DNA of 52,784 nucleotides, from NCBI RefSeq assembly GCF_001194135.2, contig NC_068990.1, positions 23,951,738 to 24,004,521 on the forward strand. Direction: 5' to 3'. Within the stretch, counting starts at the first letter, position 1, and the number at the start of each line of letters is the position of its first letter. A program made the position numbers and the translations under genes. Below the pieces are notes generated by a model. The model saw only the letters and a program-made list of their open reading frames with translations. It was not told the DNA's origin and searched no databases. This DNA comes from Octopus bimaculoides (taxonomy: Eukaryota). Shown piece by piece: positions 1 to 11,693 of this stretch.

Positions 1-699
1 TATATATATATATACATACATATACATATAATACGTATTACGTATATATCTATATCTGTATAAATACATATATACATGCACACATATATAATCCCCCTGA
101 TTATATAATACAGTTCCCTGCCCGGAAAATGTATATGAAACTTATGGCGATAAATATCAAATATCGATAAGTGTTTTCTAAAGTGTAAAATCTACTTATC
201 AAATTAAATGAAAATATAATTTCATTACAGAATCACAAAGCATGTTAGCGTATTTTCTCATGAAACTAATACAGCATCGGATGCGATCGTACAGATATCA
301 GAATCTTCACGCGTTGACACGTTAGCATATCCCAACACCCTTAACGTACAGATAATACAATTTTAAAGGACTTAAAGCTGAAGAGATATTCTACAAAATT
401 ACATTACGTAGTTAGCTCAGTGTCATCAAATTACTCGTTTAAAGTATGTGTCTCATACTGGCTGTGAGATAACCAGAACGCACTACATAATCTACACAAG
501 GTAAGAGAAGACAAAAAAATGCAACAATTTTATTGATTCTATTGAGAATGTCTACGAATTAAGAAAACATGTAATTGCATCAACAGAGCACACTCTAATT
601 AGATATTAATGTTTTCTGGCTATTCGTGATTTTGATTAGCAATTTACTTATGTAAATTCTGCATTTTTTATTTGGTTTAAAATTCTTAGACGAGCCAGG

Positions 700-712
700 T
701 GTGTGTAGGTGT

Positions 713-744
<32 letters not shown>

Positions 745-944
745 ATATACATAAATACATACATACATACATATTTATGTATATATGTATGTATATGCAT
801 ATGTATATATATACATATTTAATTATTTATATATATGTATATATAAATATATATGTGTATATATACTTATATATATACAGATATATACACACATATATAC
901 ATACATATATATATATACCTATATATACATATGCAATATATGTA

Positions 945-1033
<89 letters not shown>

Positions 1034-1135
1034 GTACGTACGTATGCATGTATGTATGTATGAATGTATGGGTATATACACATGTGTCTGTTGTGTGTTG
1101 ATGCATATATATGTATTTATAAGTTTGCTTACATG
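700..1135. repeat. Compound (TA)n/(TATACA)n microsatellite
   Basis: Pure TA run at about 950-1020 within degenerate TA/CA/TG repeats. Confidence 0.95.
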
Positions 1136-1411
1136 TATATAAATCTGATTATATGTGCGTATTCGTATACACACGCAAAAACCCCCACACATGCGCGCAT
1201 GTGCATGTTGAGCGTTGATGAATAAATATATATACATACATATGTTCATACAGCATATACACCCCCCCCCACATATCATTCCTTAACCCTTTGGCATTCA
1301 ATATATTCTGTCAATTGTAAAGTTTATTTAGTCACTTTATTTTGTCAGTTAATCATGCATTATCATGTAGCTTCAAGATTTCAATGATATGAATTTTTTA
1401 GAATGACATAG

Positions 1412-1419
<8 letters not shown>

Positions 1420-1442
<23 letters not shown>

Positions 1443-1710
1443 CTGTGTTTGTGTGTGCGTGTGTGTGCGTGTGTGTGTGTGTGTGTTTGTGTGTGTGAGT
1501 TACTATTTGTGTGCCTTCCGCACGATGGCACAAATGTTGCTGGTTTGTCTACATCTCCGTCAGTAGTTTCGTCAAAAGAGGCCTATTGAATAATCACTAG
1601 ATTTTAAAAAAATAAATCCCCAGGTCGATTTGTCAGACTAATCACTTCGAAGTGGTGCCCCAACATGGTCGCAGTCCTGTGATGGAAGCAACTAAAAGAT
1701 AAAAGGATTA
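1420..1710 (+). mobile_element. SINE family B, diverged 3' half with (GT)n
   Basis: gtcgatttgtcagactaa...gtggtgccccaacatggtcgcagtc matches the tail of the family B copies at 37700 and 38757. Confidence 0.65.
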
Positions 1711-2533
1711 AGCAAAGAAACAGAACTGTTGAATTCTTCAAGTTCTTCATATCGCTATGTTTTCTTTCTCCTAGCATCTGAAAAAGACTTACCAGATGAT
1801 GATCAATCTCTTTGATCTTTTCAGAAGCACTTTGAGGCGAAATTTTCTAAATATATATGTATCTAGATTTAGATTTAGAGAGAAGAATAGACCTAATAGA
1901 GACTGTCTTGACATTTGTAGAACGAATAGCAGTGAACAGAAATCTAGTGTTCACAGTTGGAGTTTTATGTGCGTATTCTTTTATTTCATAAGACTTCACT
2001 CATTTATATATAGCAATCCTCCCCAAAATAAATCCACTATAATATATTCTAGAAGTTCATTCAATACAGCGTTTATAGCAAATTATCTTTTTTGTGGGTA
2101 TATAAATTACAGCTGTATTAAAGCACAAATTATATACGCCTACACTCTCGTATATGTGTATATATATAGGCAAATCATAAATGAAAGCGAAAAGAACGAA
2201 AAAAAAAAGAGACAAATTCGACAGAGGTTACTGTCAATGTATCGGACTGACGTTCACAGAAAGTTTAATATGGAAAAAAAGAGGATGTGTGACATTTCGA
2301 GCATGGGTCTTCGTCAGAAGAAGGGAAGACGAATGAGTCCGGAGAGAAGGAAAAGAATAAATAGTCTGTGAAAAGCACATATATCGTTATAAGACTGAAA
2401 AAATAACTTATATATACATATATACATCGGTATACATATACGTGCATATACGCAATATATTTATGTACACACACACACACACATGCATACATACATACAT
2501 ACATACATACATACATACATACATACTTACATA

Positions 2534-2564
<31 letters not shown>

Positions 2565-3072
2565 NNNNNNNNNNNNNNNNNNNNNNNNNNNNNNNNNNNN
2601 NNNNNNNNNNNNNNNNNNNNNNNNNNNNNNNNNNNNNNNNNNNNNNNNNNNNNNNNNNNNNNNNNNNNNNNNNNNNNNNNNNNNNNNNNNNNNNNNNNNN
2701 NNNNNNNNNNNNNNNNNNNNNNNNNNNNNNNNNNNNNNNNNNNNNNNNNNNNNNNNNNNNNNNNNNNNNNNNNNNNNNNNNNNNNNNNNNNNNNNNNNNN
2801 NNNNNNNNNNNNNNNNNNNNNNNNNNNNNNNNNNNNNNNNNNNNNNNNNNNNNNNNNNNNNNNNNNNNNNNNNNNNNNNNNNNNNNNNNNNNNNNNNNNN
2901 NNNNNNNNNNNNNNNNNNNNNNNNNNNNNNNNNNNNNNNNNNNNNNNNNNNNNNNNNNNNNNNNNNNNNNNNNNNNNNNNNNNNNNNNNNNNNNNNNNNN
3001 NNNNNNNNNNNNNNNNNNNNNNNNNNNNNNNNNNNNNNNNNNNNNNNNNNNNNNNNGTGTGTGTGTGTGTGT

Positions 3073-3394
3073 GAAGCCGCATGGTTCTGTAGTTAGAGCG
3101 CCGAGCTTACGATCGTGAGGTTGTGGGTTCGAATCCCGGACCGGGATGCGTGTTGTGTTCTTGAACAAGACACTTTATTTCACGTTGCTCCAGTTCACTC
3201 AGCTGTAGAAATGAGTTGCGAAGTCACTGGTACCAAACTTTGCCTTTCCCTTGGATAACACTGGTGGCGCGTAGAGGGGATGTCGGTATGCATGGGCGAC
3301 TGCTGGTCTTTCATAAACAACCTTGCCCGGACTTGTGGCTCGAAGGGTAACTTTCTAGGTGCAATTCCATGGTCAGTCATGACCGAAGTGGTCT
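3073..3394 (+). mobile_element. tRNA-derived SINE family C, near full length
   Basis: tRNA-like head with B box GGTTCGAATCC (3126-3136), then the ttgaacaagacactttatttcacgttgctccagttcactcag core shared with 29734 and 45772. Confidence 0.85.
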
Positions 3395-3689
3395 GAGCAT
3401 ATATATGTATGCGCATATATATTAGCAACTTTCCCGTTGTTTAAACGATAGATGAGTGTTCCACCGTATCTTGGTGAATGAAGTACACAGATGCCCTGCT
3501 TATAATGAGTAAAGGTTGGTATTTACACATGCTCACTCCCACCATCAGATTGACGACGCCTGTACAAGTGCACAAGTTTAACACGCGTCAAATGTCGAAA
3601 TAGTTGCAGTGCATATGAAATGGAGCGTTTTGCTCAAGACTGCAATGCACCGAGCGGTCTGGGAATCGTAGATTTTTAGAGAGGTTTAC

Positions 3690-3903
3690 AAAAGTATAAG
3701 CGTTGAATATCGATGGATACAAGAAATATGAGAGGATCAGCTAATTGTGATTCCATTCTACATATTCTCCTCTCAGATTCAAACACTTGTTGCAGCGGTC
3801 TTACAGATTTTCTAAGCCCTGTAAAAGAACTCGGGAGGTTAGGACTCCAACCAGGCCTTCCAAAACACCCTTAAAATCAGGAACTTTCCAGCAGTCCCTT
3901 TAT
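3690..3903 (-). mobile_element. Mariner-derived non-autonomous element (transposase C-terminal remnant plus TIR)
   Basis: Minus strand reads VLLQGLENL*DRCNKCLNLRGEYVE, resembling the mariner C-terminal motif (G..L..RW.KC....G.YVE). A TIR-like aaatcaggaactttccagcagtccc lies at about 3877-3900. The opposite TIR is decayed. Confidence 0.6.
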
Positions 3904-3909
3904 CTCCTG

Positions 3910-4208
3910 ATTCGCTGTCGATTATGACGACGAGAGTTCCAGTTGATCCGATCAACGGAAGAGCTTGCTCGTGAAAATAATGTGGAAGCGGCTAAGCATA
4001 CCACAGTCACTTGTAACCTTTAAATGTAGTTCTGAAGGAGATTCTGTGTGACTCAGAATGTGAAAAGACTTGCCCTTTTGAATTACAGGTACTACTCATT
4101 TTTGCCAGTTGTGTGAACTGGAGCATCGTAAAATAAAGTGTCACCAGGAACTGAATCCACAACCTTACGATCGTGAGCCGAATATCTCTAACTACTAAGC
4201 TACGCACC
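3910..4208 (-). mobile_element. tRNA-derived SINE family G, full length, diverged
   Basis: Reverse complement head ggtgcgtagcttagtagttagag...; tail gttccagttgatccgatcaacggaa...gctcgtgaaa matches 17211-17332. Confidence 0.8.
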
Positions 4209-4242
4209 TTCACCCCACCCTAACTACCATATATATATATAT

Positions 4243-4283
<41 letters not shown>

Positions 4284-5597
4284 CAGACAAACAACGTACA
4301 CGCCGGTGTCTGCGCATGCACACAGGGAAGAGTTCGTTTCTAATAAGATTGGTTCTGCATTTTCGGAATAGAGAGATTGTTACTTGTTCAATGCAAACAA
4401 CATTCAAGCCAGACTCTAACAGCTAAGCAACCACTGAATATTCCTATTGTTATCCCAATAAGTCTTTTTGTTAGCGGTCTTAAATTTTAGTGAATAAATT
4501 CGATTGTGCTGACTGAATAGTTAAGCATAAATCGTGTAGGTGACAGTGAATTCTCTGTGTTGCAGTATCAAGATAACAGCTCCTTGACCACGTTATTTCT
4601 CCTTGGTTGAAATGATACGGTAACTAAAGTAGAATTTAGAATTTAGAATATATATATATATATANNNNNNNNNNNNNNNNNNNNNNNNNNNNNNNNNNNN
4701 NNNNNNNNNNNNNNNNNNNNNNNNNNNNNNNNNNNNNNNNNNNNNNNNNNNNNNNNNNNNNNNNNNNNNNNNNNNNNNNNNNNNNNNNNNNNNNNNNNNN
4801 NNNNNNNNNNNNNNNNNNNNNNNNNNNNNNNNNNNNNNNNNNNNNNNNNNNNNNNNNNNNNNNNNNNNNNNNNNNNNNNNNNNNNNNNNNNNNNNNNNNN
4901 NNNNNNNNNNNNNNNNNNNNNNNNNNNNNNNNNNNNNNNNNNNNNNNNNNNNNNNNNNNNNNNNNNNNNNNNNNNNNNNNNNNNNNNNNNNNNNNNNNNN
5001 NNNNNNNNNNNNNNNNNNNNNNNNNNNNNNNNNNNNNNNNNNNNNNNNNNNNNNNNNNNNNNNNNNNNNNNNNNNNNNNNNNNNNNNNNNNNNNNNNNNN
5101 NNNNNNNNNNNNNNNNNNNNNNNNNNNNNNNNNNNNNNNNNNNNNNNNNNNNNNNNNNNNNNNNNNNNNNNNNNNNNNNNNNNNNNNNNNNNNNNNNNNN
5201 NNNNNNNNNNNNNNNNNNNNNNNNNNNNNNNNNNNNNNNNNNNNNNNNNNNNNNNNNNNNNNNNNNNNNNNNNNNNNNNNNNNNNNNNNNNNNNNNNNNN
5301 NNNNNNNNNNNNNNNNNNNNNNNNNNNNNNNNNNNNNNNNNNNNNNNNNNNNNNNNNNNNNNNNNNNNNNNNNNNNNNNNNNNNNNNNNNNNNNNNNNNN
5401 NNNNNNNNNNNNNNNNNNNNNNNNNNNNNNNNNNNNNNNNNNNNNNNNNNNNNNNNNNNNNNNNNNNNNNNNNNNNNNNNNNNNNNNNNNNNNNNNNNNN
5501 NNNNNNNNNNNNNNNNNNNNNNNNNNNNNNNNNNNNNNNNNNNNNNNNNNNNNNNNNNNNNNNNNNNNNNNNNNNNNNNNNNNNNNNNNNNNNNNNN

Positions 5598-5646
<49 letters not shown>

Positions 5647-5914
5647 TTACAAGTGTATGTATATATATATATATGTGTGTGTATGTATATATGCATATAT
5701 ACATGAGAAGCGGAAGAAGTCAAATAACTATAATCATACGCTAATAATCTCTAACCACAATCAATTACAATGGTTTATTTTGAATGTTACTTGTGTAATG
5801 ACTAGGTCGAAACTTTAAAATCGATTCCAACGCAATAAAACGCTAAAGATCGTTGTTCAAATATTCCCTGATATTTACACCTAATAAACACAGCTCAAAG
5901 AGGAAACCTGTACA

Positions 5915-6110
5915 TGGCTAGAAATATTTGCTAGAAATACCGAACAAATGATCTCTTAGATCTGCTCTTCTACCTTAAACAGAGTAGGCTATGTCTCACT
6001 GTGTCTGAACGTAATATAAGGCAGGATGGTCACATTTGGAATGTCCTTAGTGATTTGCCTGGTCATTTCTTTGTTGACCTAGGGTTAAGCAACAATCAGC
6101 ACATAAACAG
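5915..6110 (+). mobile_element. Dispersed repeat family H (SINE tail-like)
   Basis: gctagaaata...ggatggtcac...tggaatg...gacctaggg motif order recurs at 7310 (+) and 11208 (-). Confidence 0.55.
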
Positions 6111-6169
6111 TTGCAGTAAATGATGATGTAATCAATTTAAATCAATTTTCATCAATGTTTTCGGTAGTA

Positions 6170-6467
6170 TCGATCACCGCTACCTGGCAGTGTTGAGAGA
6201 ATTACTTTTATTATTTGATGAAAACACTCAGCTTATTTTGCTGGGTTTACTGGGAAATGTCAGCTGTCCACGGCCAACAGACTAAGGTGACACTTGTTTA
6301 CTTCAAGAACCCTGCGAAGAACTCTTGCAGTTCCCAGCAATGATGATTTTTTTGGGTGTTCTCTCTTTACATTTGTACCAATCTTTTTTTAGCTCTGTTG
6401 GTAGTTGAGTACTGATAGTTCCAAGCGCGCCAATTACTATTGGTATCACGTCCACTGTGATCAACTT
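6170..6467 (-). pseudogene. R4/Dong-type non-LTR retrotransposon 3' fragment (RLE C-terminus plus 3' UTR)
   Basis: Minus translation VDVIPIVIGALGTISTQLPTELKK(frameshift)IGTNVKREHPKKSSLLGTARVLRRVLE; homologous to PIVIGALG...GTAHILRKIL at 28820-28970. Confidence 0.8.
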
Positions 6468-6588
6468 ACATCATTTCAGGATCGATAGAATGCGATAAAA
6501 GTTGAGCAATAGAGTCGATGCACCCGACTACAAGCCTCCTCACTGAAATATTCAGTCTTCTGTTTATAATAGAAAAGATTCAATATGA

Positions 6589-6835
6589 AGGCGACGAGCT
6601 GGCAGAATCGTTAGGATGTCGGACGAAGTGACGAAGTGCTTTGCGGCATTTCGTCCTTCTTTACGTTCTGAGTTCAAATTCCGCCGGGGTCATCTTTGCC
6701 TTTCATCTTTTCAGAGTCGATAAATTGAGTACCAGTGAAATACTGGGTCGATGCAATCGACTAGTCTTCTTCCCACAATCCACAATCACAGGCCTTGTGC
6801 CTTTAGTAGAAAGGATTATTATTATTATTATTCGA
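6589..6835 (+). mobile_element. tRNA-derived SINE family A (A2 tail)
   Basis: Head ggcgacgagctggcagaatcgttag, B-box gagttcaaattcc, core gcctttcatc..gtcgataaattgagtaccag, (ATT)n tail. Confidence 0.9.
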
Positions 6836-7309
6836 TTATTCATTATTTACTTATTTAAGTGTGTACCTCAACGTCTCTTTCTCTACACTCCTATCGACTA
6901 TCCACTGATGTCTGCCGCATATCTCCACATCTTGATAAAGTAAAAAAAAAAAAAAAACTGCATCAGAAATGTGTGGCGTTCCTCTTTAGGCACCATATAT
7001 ACGCCATACCTTAACATCTGTGGACTTTCAATTGATTACTGTTTATTACTATTCTCATATCTTCCTTCTGAACACAAACAGAAAAATGAAATAAAATAAA
7101 AATAACAATAACAGAATGCAAAAACAAAAACGCAGCTTTGATCGATAAGTCTGCATTTGCTGGAAACAGTCTTTACTTCGTTCTTTCTATTTCATACATA
7201 TTTAATTCTTCTCTCTTCTATTCTTCGTATCTTATCAGCACATACAACCTCTACTCTCAGCTGACTATTCTATTGAATTCATTCTCTAACGGGGGACGAT
7301 AATACGCGG

Positions 7310-7505
7310 TCACACGACTTGCTAGATGTAGCAGCCATAATTCTATAAATTCACACCTTAACGTCATGAACGCAAAAAAAGGATAAAGATACATAAAAAT
7401 ATACAATTCTAGATTCTCTAAACATGTTTCAGATAGTCACGGCTGGAATAATTTCGACCATAGCTCTGATCGATCAAGCTTGACCTGGGGTAACGGTTCT
7501 CAACA
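7310..7505 (+). mobile_element. Dispersed repeat family H
   Basis: acttgctagatgtagcagcc...gtcacggctggaat...gacctgggg. Confidence 0.6.
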
Positions 7506-7572
7506 GGGGTCCATATCACCCTTGGTGGTCCATCAAAAATTTTCTGTAAAAAATTGGTTATAGTTCTACATT

Positions 7573-7985
7573 ATCTTTTCTTGTTTCAGTCATTTGACTG
7601 CGGCCATACTGGGACACACCCTTGAAGAATTTTAGTCAAACGAATCGTCTCCAGTACTTATTAATGTTTTTGTAAAGCCTGGCACTTTTCTACCAGCGTC
7701 TTTTGACGAACGCTAAGTTACGGGGACGTAAGCACACTAACACCGGTGGTGGTGATGGTGGTGGACAAACAACCACAGAGATACACTCGCATACACACAG
7801 ACACACACAACACATATATACGACGGGCGTCTTTCAGTTTCCGTCTACAAAATCCACTCACAAGACTTTGCTTAACCCGAGGCTATATTAGTAGAGAGTT
7901 GCGTAAGGTACCACGCAGTGGGACTGAACCCAGAACCATGAGGCCGGGAAGCAAAACTTCTTACCACACAGTCACACTTGCGCCT
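7573..7985 (-). mobile_element. tRNA-derived CORE-like SINE family B, full length
   Basis: Tail cttgtttcagtcatttgactgcggccat, internal CA microsatellite, ctttcagtttccgtctac, head ...cttcttaccacacagtcacacttgcgcct. Confidence 0.9.
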
Positions 7986-8244
7986 ATAGCAATTCTGTTT
8001 TAATACAATTCCTATTAATATTTAATTCCAAAACTATAATAGGAGTTTTTAAAACATCAAATGGCTATCAGAATCCTCCCGAGTAAAATAGGAACCAGAA
8101 GGGTTCATGCTTAAAACAAAATAAATAAACCATTGAGAACCTCTGATCGAGGACTATAGTTTTGCAAAGGCTGGTGATGAATCCAGTCTCTGGATCACAC
8201 TTGTTAAACTTTGTTCTATGTCCTTAAATCTTGTAAATGATCAA

Positions 8245-8430
8245 TGAGAATGTGGTTAATGAGTTCATTTTGTAATCGTGGTATTCTCGGTTCAGTCCCG
8301 TTACGGCGCAGTCTCTTGGTGAAGAGCTTTTTTTTTTTTGACAGAGCAACAAACCTTCTAGAAATAACATTACTGTTATTTCTAGCAAGTCGAGCAAGCA
8401 ACGTAGAGGGGCCTTCGTTGACTTTACGAT
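8245..8430 (+). mobile_element. Degenerate SINE: B-like head joined to family H-like tail
   Basis: ggttcagtcccgttacggcg (B-type T-arm), then actgttatttctagcaagtcgagc (H motif). Confidence 0.45.
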
Positions 8431-8449
8431 GTCTGTGTAAGTGATGATA

Positions 8450-8754
8450 TTGAAAAAGATGAATGGGATTGCTTATGAGGAAGGCGACGACGAAAAAGAC
8501 GTTGATGATAATGATGATGACGACAACAACGATGACGACGATGGTGATGATGACGATGATGATGATGATGATGATGATCACAATGACAACGACAATGACG
8601 ATGACGATGACGATGATGATGGCGACGATGATGATGGCGACGACGAGAATGAAGACAATTACGATCCTAATGAGGGCGACGATGACAACGATGACAATGA
8701 TGATGATGATGACGACGGCGACGATAATGATGATGGTGATGACGATGATGATGG

Positions 8755-8815
<61 letters not shown>

Positions 8816-8990
8816 CAAAATGACGAAGACGACGACGACGATAATGATGGTGTTCATGAGGCGGTAGATGAGGGGAGATAGTAGGGGAAAACGATGCTGA
8901 GTAATAATATTGACAACGAAGACGATGATGACGACAATGATTATGTGAAGTTAATGATGATGACGAATATGATGACGACTGTAATGTTGG
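8450..8990. repeat. (GAT/GAC)n trinucleotide low-complexity array
   Basis: Direct inspection; explains the poly-D, poly-M and poly-I ORFs. Confidence 0.95.
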
Positions 8991-9020
8991 TAGTGTTGGA
9001 GTCGTACGGATGTATTTGAG

Positions 9021-9210
9021 TACGGACGCAGTTATTGATAAACCATTGTCCTGGCGAATGAACGGAACCTACCCACCACCAAACATTAGAAGTATCTGCT
9101 GGGTTTTTGTTCAATTAATAGTTTATCAAACACACCTGGCCACTGCTACAAACACATTAATTACTACCAGAGTTAGCGTGTTAATACAGGTTTTTACTAG
9201 TTATTAATAT
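9021..9210 (+). repeat. Direct repeat X, copy 1 (about 190 bp)
   Basis: tacggacgcagtta...ttactagttattaatat aligns end to end with 10140-10338. Confidence 0.9.
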
Positions 9211-9425
9211 TTTTTTCTACTCTAGGAACAAGGCCGGACATTTTGGGGGAGGGGGCCAGTCGATTAGATTGAACCCCAGTACGCAACTGGTACTTAATTT
9301 ATCGACCCCAAAAGGATAAAAGGTAAAATCGACCTCGGTGGAATTTGAACTCAGAACGTAAAGACAGACGAAATACCGATAAATATTTCGCCCGGAGTGC
9401 TAGCGTTTCTACCAGCTCGCCGCCT
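9211..9425 (-). mobile_element. SINE family A (A2 tail), full length
   Basis: gtcgattagattgaaccccagtacgcaactggtacttaatttatcgacccc...gaatttgaactcagaacg...ccagctcgccgcct. Confidence 0.95.
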
Positions 9426-9918
9426 TAAACTTTTAATCGTGAGAAATATTCTCTTCTACTCCTAGGCACAAGGNNNNNNNNNNNNNNNNNNNNNNNNNNN
9501 NNNNNNNNNNNNNNNNNNNNNNNNNNNNNNNNNNNNNNNNNNNNNNNNNNNNNNNNNNNNNNNNNNNNNNNNNNNNNNNNNNNNNNNNNNNNNNNNNNNN
9601 NNNNNNNNNNNNNNNNNNNNNNNNNNNNNNNNNNNNNNNNNNNNNNNNNNNNNNNNNNNNNNNNNNNNNNNNNNNNNNNNNNNNNNNNNNNNNNNNNNNN
9701 NNNNNNNNNNNNNNNNNNNNNNNNNNNNNNNNNNNNNNNNNNNNNNNNNNNNNNNNNNNNNNNNNNNNNNNNNNNNNNNNNNNNNNNNNNNNNNNNNNNN
9801 NNNNNNNNNNNNNNNNNNNNNNNNNNNNNNNNNNNNNNNNNNNNNNNNNNNNNNNNNNNNNNNNNNNNNNNNNNNNNNNNNCAGTGCGTAAGTGGTATTC
9901 TAGTACTTAATTTATCGA

Positions 9919-10138
9919 CCCCACAAGGGGCTAAACACAGAGGAGACAAACAAGGACAGACAAAGGGATTAAGTCGATTACATTGACCCCAGTGCGTAAC
10001 TGGTACTTAATTTATCCACTCCGAAAGGATGAAAGGCAAAGTCGACCTCGGCGGAATTTGAACTCAGAACGTAACGGCAGACGAAACGCCGCTAAGCATT
10101 TCGTCCGGCGTGCTAACGTTTCTGCAAGCTCACCGCCT
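9919..10138 (-). mobile_element. SINE family A (A1 tail), nested into another family A copy
   Basis: ccccacaaggggctaaac...gaatttgaactcagaacg...gctcaccgcc; its tail joins the host copy at atcgacccc. Confidence 0.95.
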
Positions 10139-10139
10139 T

Positions 10140-10338
10140 TACGGACGCAGTTATCGATAAACTATTGTCCTGACGTATGAATGGAACGTACCCACCACCA
10201 AACATATTATACATTAGAAGTATCTGCTCGGTTTTTGTTCAATTCATAGTTTATCAAACACACCTGGCCACTGCTACAAACGCATTAATACTACCAGAGC
10301 TAGCGTGTTAATACAGGATTTTTACTAGTTATTAATAT
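10140..10338 (+). repeat. Direct repeat X, copy 2
   Basis: Paralog of 9021-9210 with scattered substitutions and a small internal duplication (aaacattatacattag). Confidence 0.9.
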
Positions 10339-10394
10339 CGACGTTTTACTAACCGTCTGTTATCTTCTACTACCTGGTGCATTTGTTTTTGTTG

Positions 10395-11205
10395 TTGTTG
10401 ATAGTAGTGACGCTGGTGATGGTTGTAGTTGCAGTGATGGTGGTGGTGGTGGTGGTGGTGGTGGTGTTGCTAGTGGTGGTTGCAGTGTTTATGATGCTGG
10501 AGGTGGCGATGCTGTTCCTTGAGTTTGCGGTGGTGATCCTGGTGGTGAAGGTGTCGTTGTTGGTGGCGGCGCGGTTGTGGTAGTGATGGTGGTGGAGGTT
10601 NNNNNNNNNNNNNNNNNNNNNNNNNNNNNNNNNNNNNNNNNNNNNNNNNNNNNNNNNNNNNNNNNNNNNNNNNNNNNNNNNNNNNNNNNNNNNNNNNNNN
10701 NNNNNNNNNNNNNNNNNNNNNNNNNNNNNNNNNNNNNNNNNNNNNNNNNNNNNNNNNNNNNNNNNNNNNNNNNNNNNNNNNNNNNNNNNNNNNNNNNNNN
10801 NNNNNNNNNNNNNNNNNNNNNNNNNNNNNNNNNNNNNNNNNNNNNNNNNNNNNNNNNNNNNNNNNNNNNNNNNNTGGTGGTGGTGGTGGTGGTGGTGGCG
10901 ATGGTAGTGGTTGTGTTGTTGTTGGCGGTTGTGGTGGTGGAGGTGTTGGTAATGATCGAGATGGTGGTGTTGGTCATGGTGTTCATGATGGTTGCAGTGT
11001 TCGAGATTGCTGTTTTGTCGGTGATGGAGATGGTAGTGGGGTGGTGGTGGTAGTGGTGGTGGTCACGGCAGTGGTTGTGTCGTTGTTGGTGGCGGTTGAG
11101 GCGGTGGTGGTGGTGGTGGTGATAATGTTCTTCGTATTTGCGATGGTGATGCTGATGATGATGGTAGTGTTGTTGGTGGTAGTTGCAGTAGTGGTGGTTG
11201 TGGTA
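10395..11205. repeat. (GGT/GTT/GAT)n low-complexity array spanning a gap
   Basis: Direct inspection. Confidence 0.9.
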
Positions 11206-11207
11206 GT

Positions 11208-11400
11208 GGTTTAGCTTGAGATCAATTCCAGCTGACCATTCTGATCATCAAAGACTTTTAAGCCGTGACCATCTCGCCTTTTTATATCTCAGATAGTGTA
11301 CATCGAAAGCATTAAAAGAAAAACCCGCAAAATACGCGTTGCATCTTTTCAGAGGTGATTCGAGGGGATTAAGCTGCTATTTCTAGGAGCGAGTTAGCGG
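11208..11400 (-). mobile_element. Dispersed repeat family H
   Basis: gccgtgaccatctcg...gctgctatttctagg is the reverse complement of the 5915/7310 motifs. Confidence 0.6.
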
Positions 11401-11404
11401 CAAT

Positions 11405-11583
11405 GTACTTGTTTCATTACACTGCTGCCAAGCTGGGGCACCGCTTTGAAGAATTTTAGCCAAACGAATCGACCACTACGCTTAGTTTCTCTTTAAGGAT
11501 GGTACTTACTTTTTCGGTCTCTTCTGCCGAACTACTACGTTACGGAGCCATAAACTCTGCAACACCAGTTGTCAAGCATTGTT
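11405..11583 (-). mobile_element. SINE family B 3' fragment
   Basis: gctggggcaccgctttgaag...cggtctcttctgccgaac...caccagttgtcaagc, followed by (CA)n to 11690. Confidence 0.75.
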
Positions 11584-11615
11584 CACACACACATGCACGC
11601 ACACACAGACACACA

Positions 11616-11692
<77 letters not shown>

Positions 11693-11693
<1 letters not shown>

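Noticed and set aside
699-1279. Long YI/IY/CV-rich ORFs, here and at many other TA/CA/GT tracts
   Set aside because: Translations of dinucleotide microsatellites; not genes.
1796-2371. 191-aa ORF
   Set aside because: AT-rich low-complexity composition, partly microsatellite, with no recognisable domain.
3073-3145. tRNA-like cloverleafs here and at 28026-28097 and 29734-29805
   Set aside because: A/B boxes are present but acceptor stems are unpaired, and the sequence continues into SINE or PLE bodies; these are promoters, not tRNA genes.
8216-8881. Poly-Asp, poly-Met and poly-Ile ORFs (also 13131-13797 poly-His/Met/Ser)
   Set aside because: All frames of trinucleotide arrays are open; there is no non-repetitive domain.
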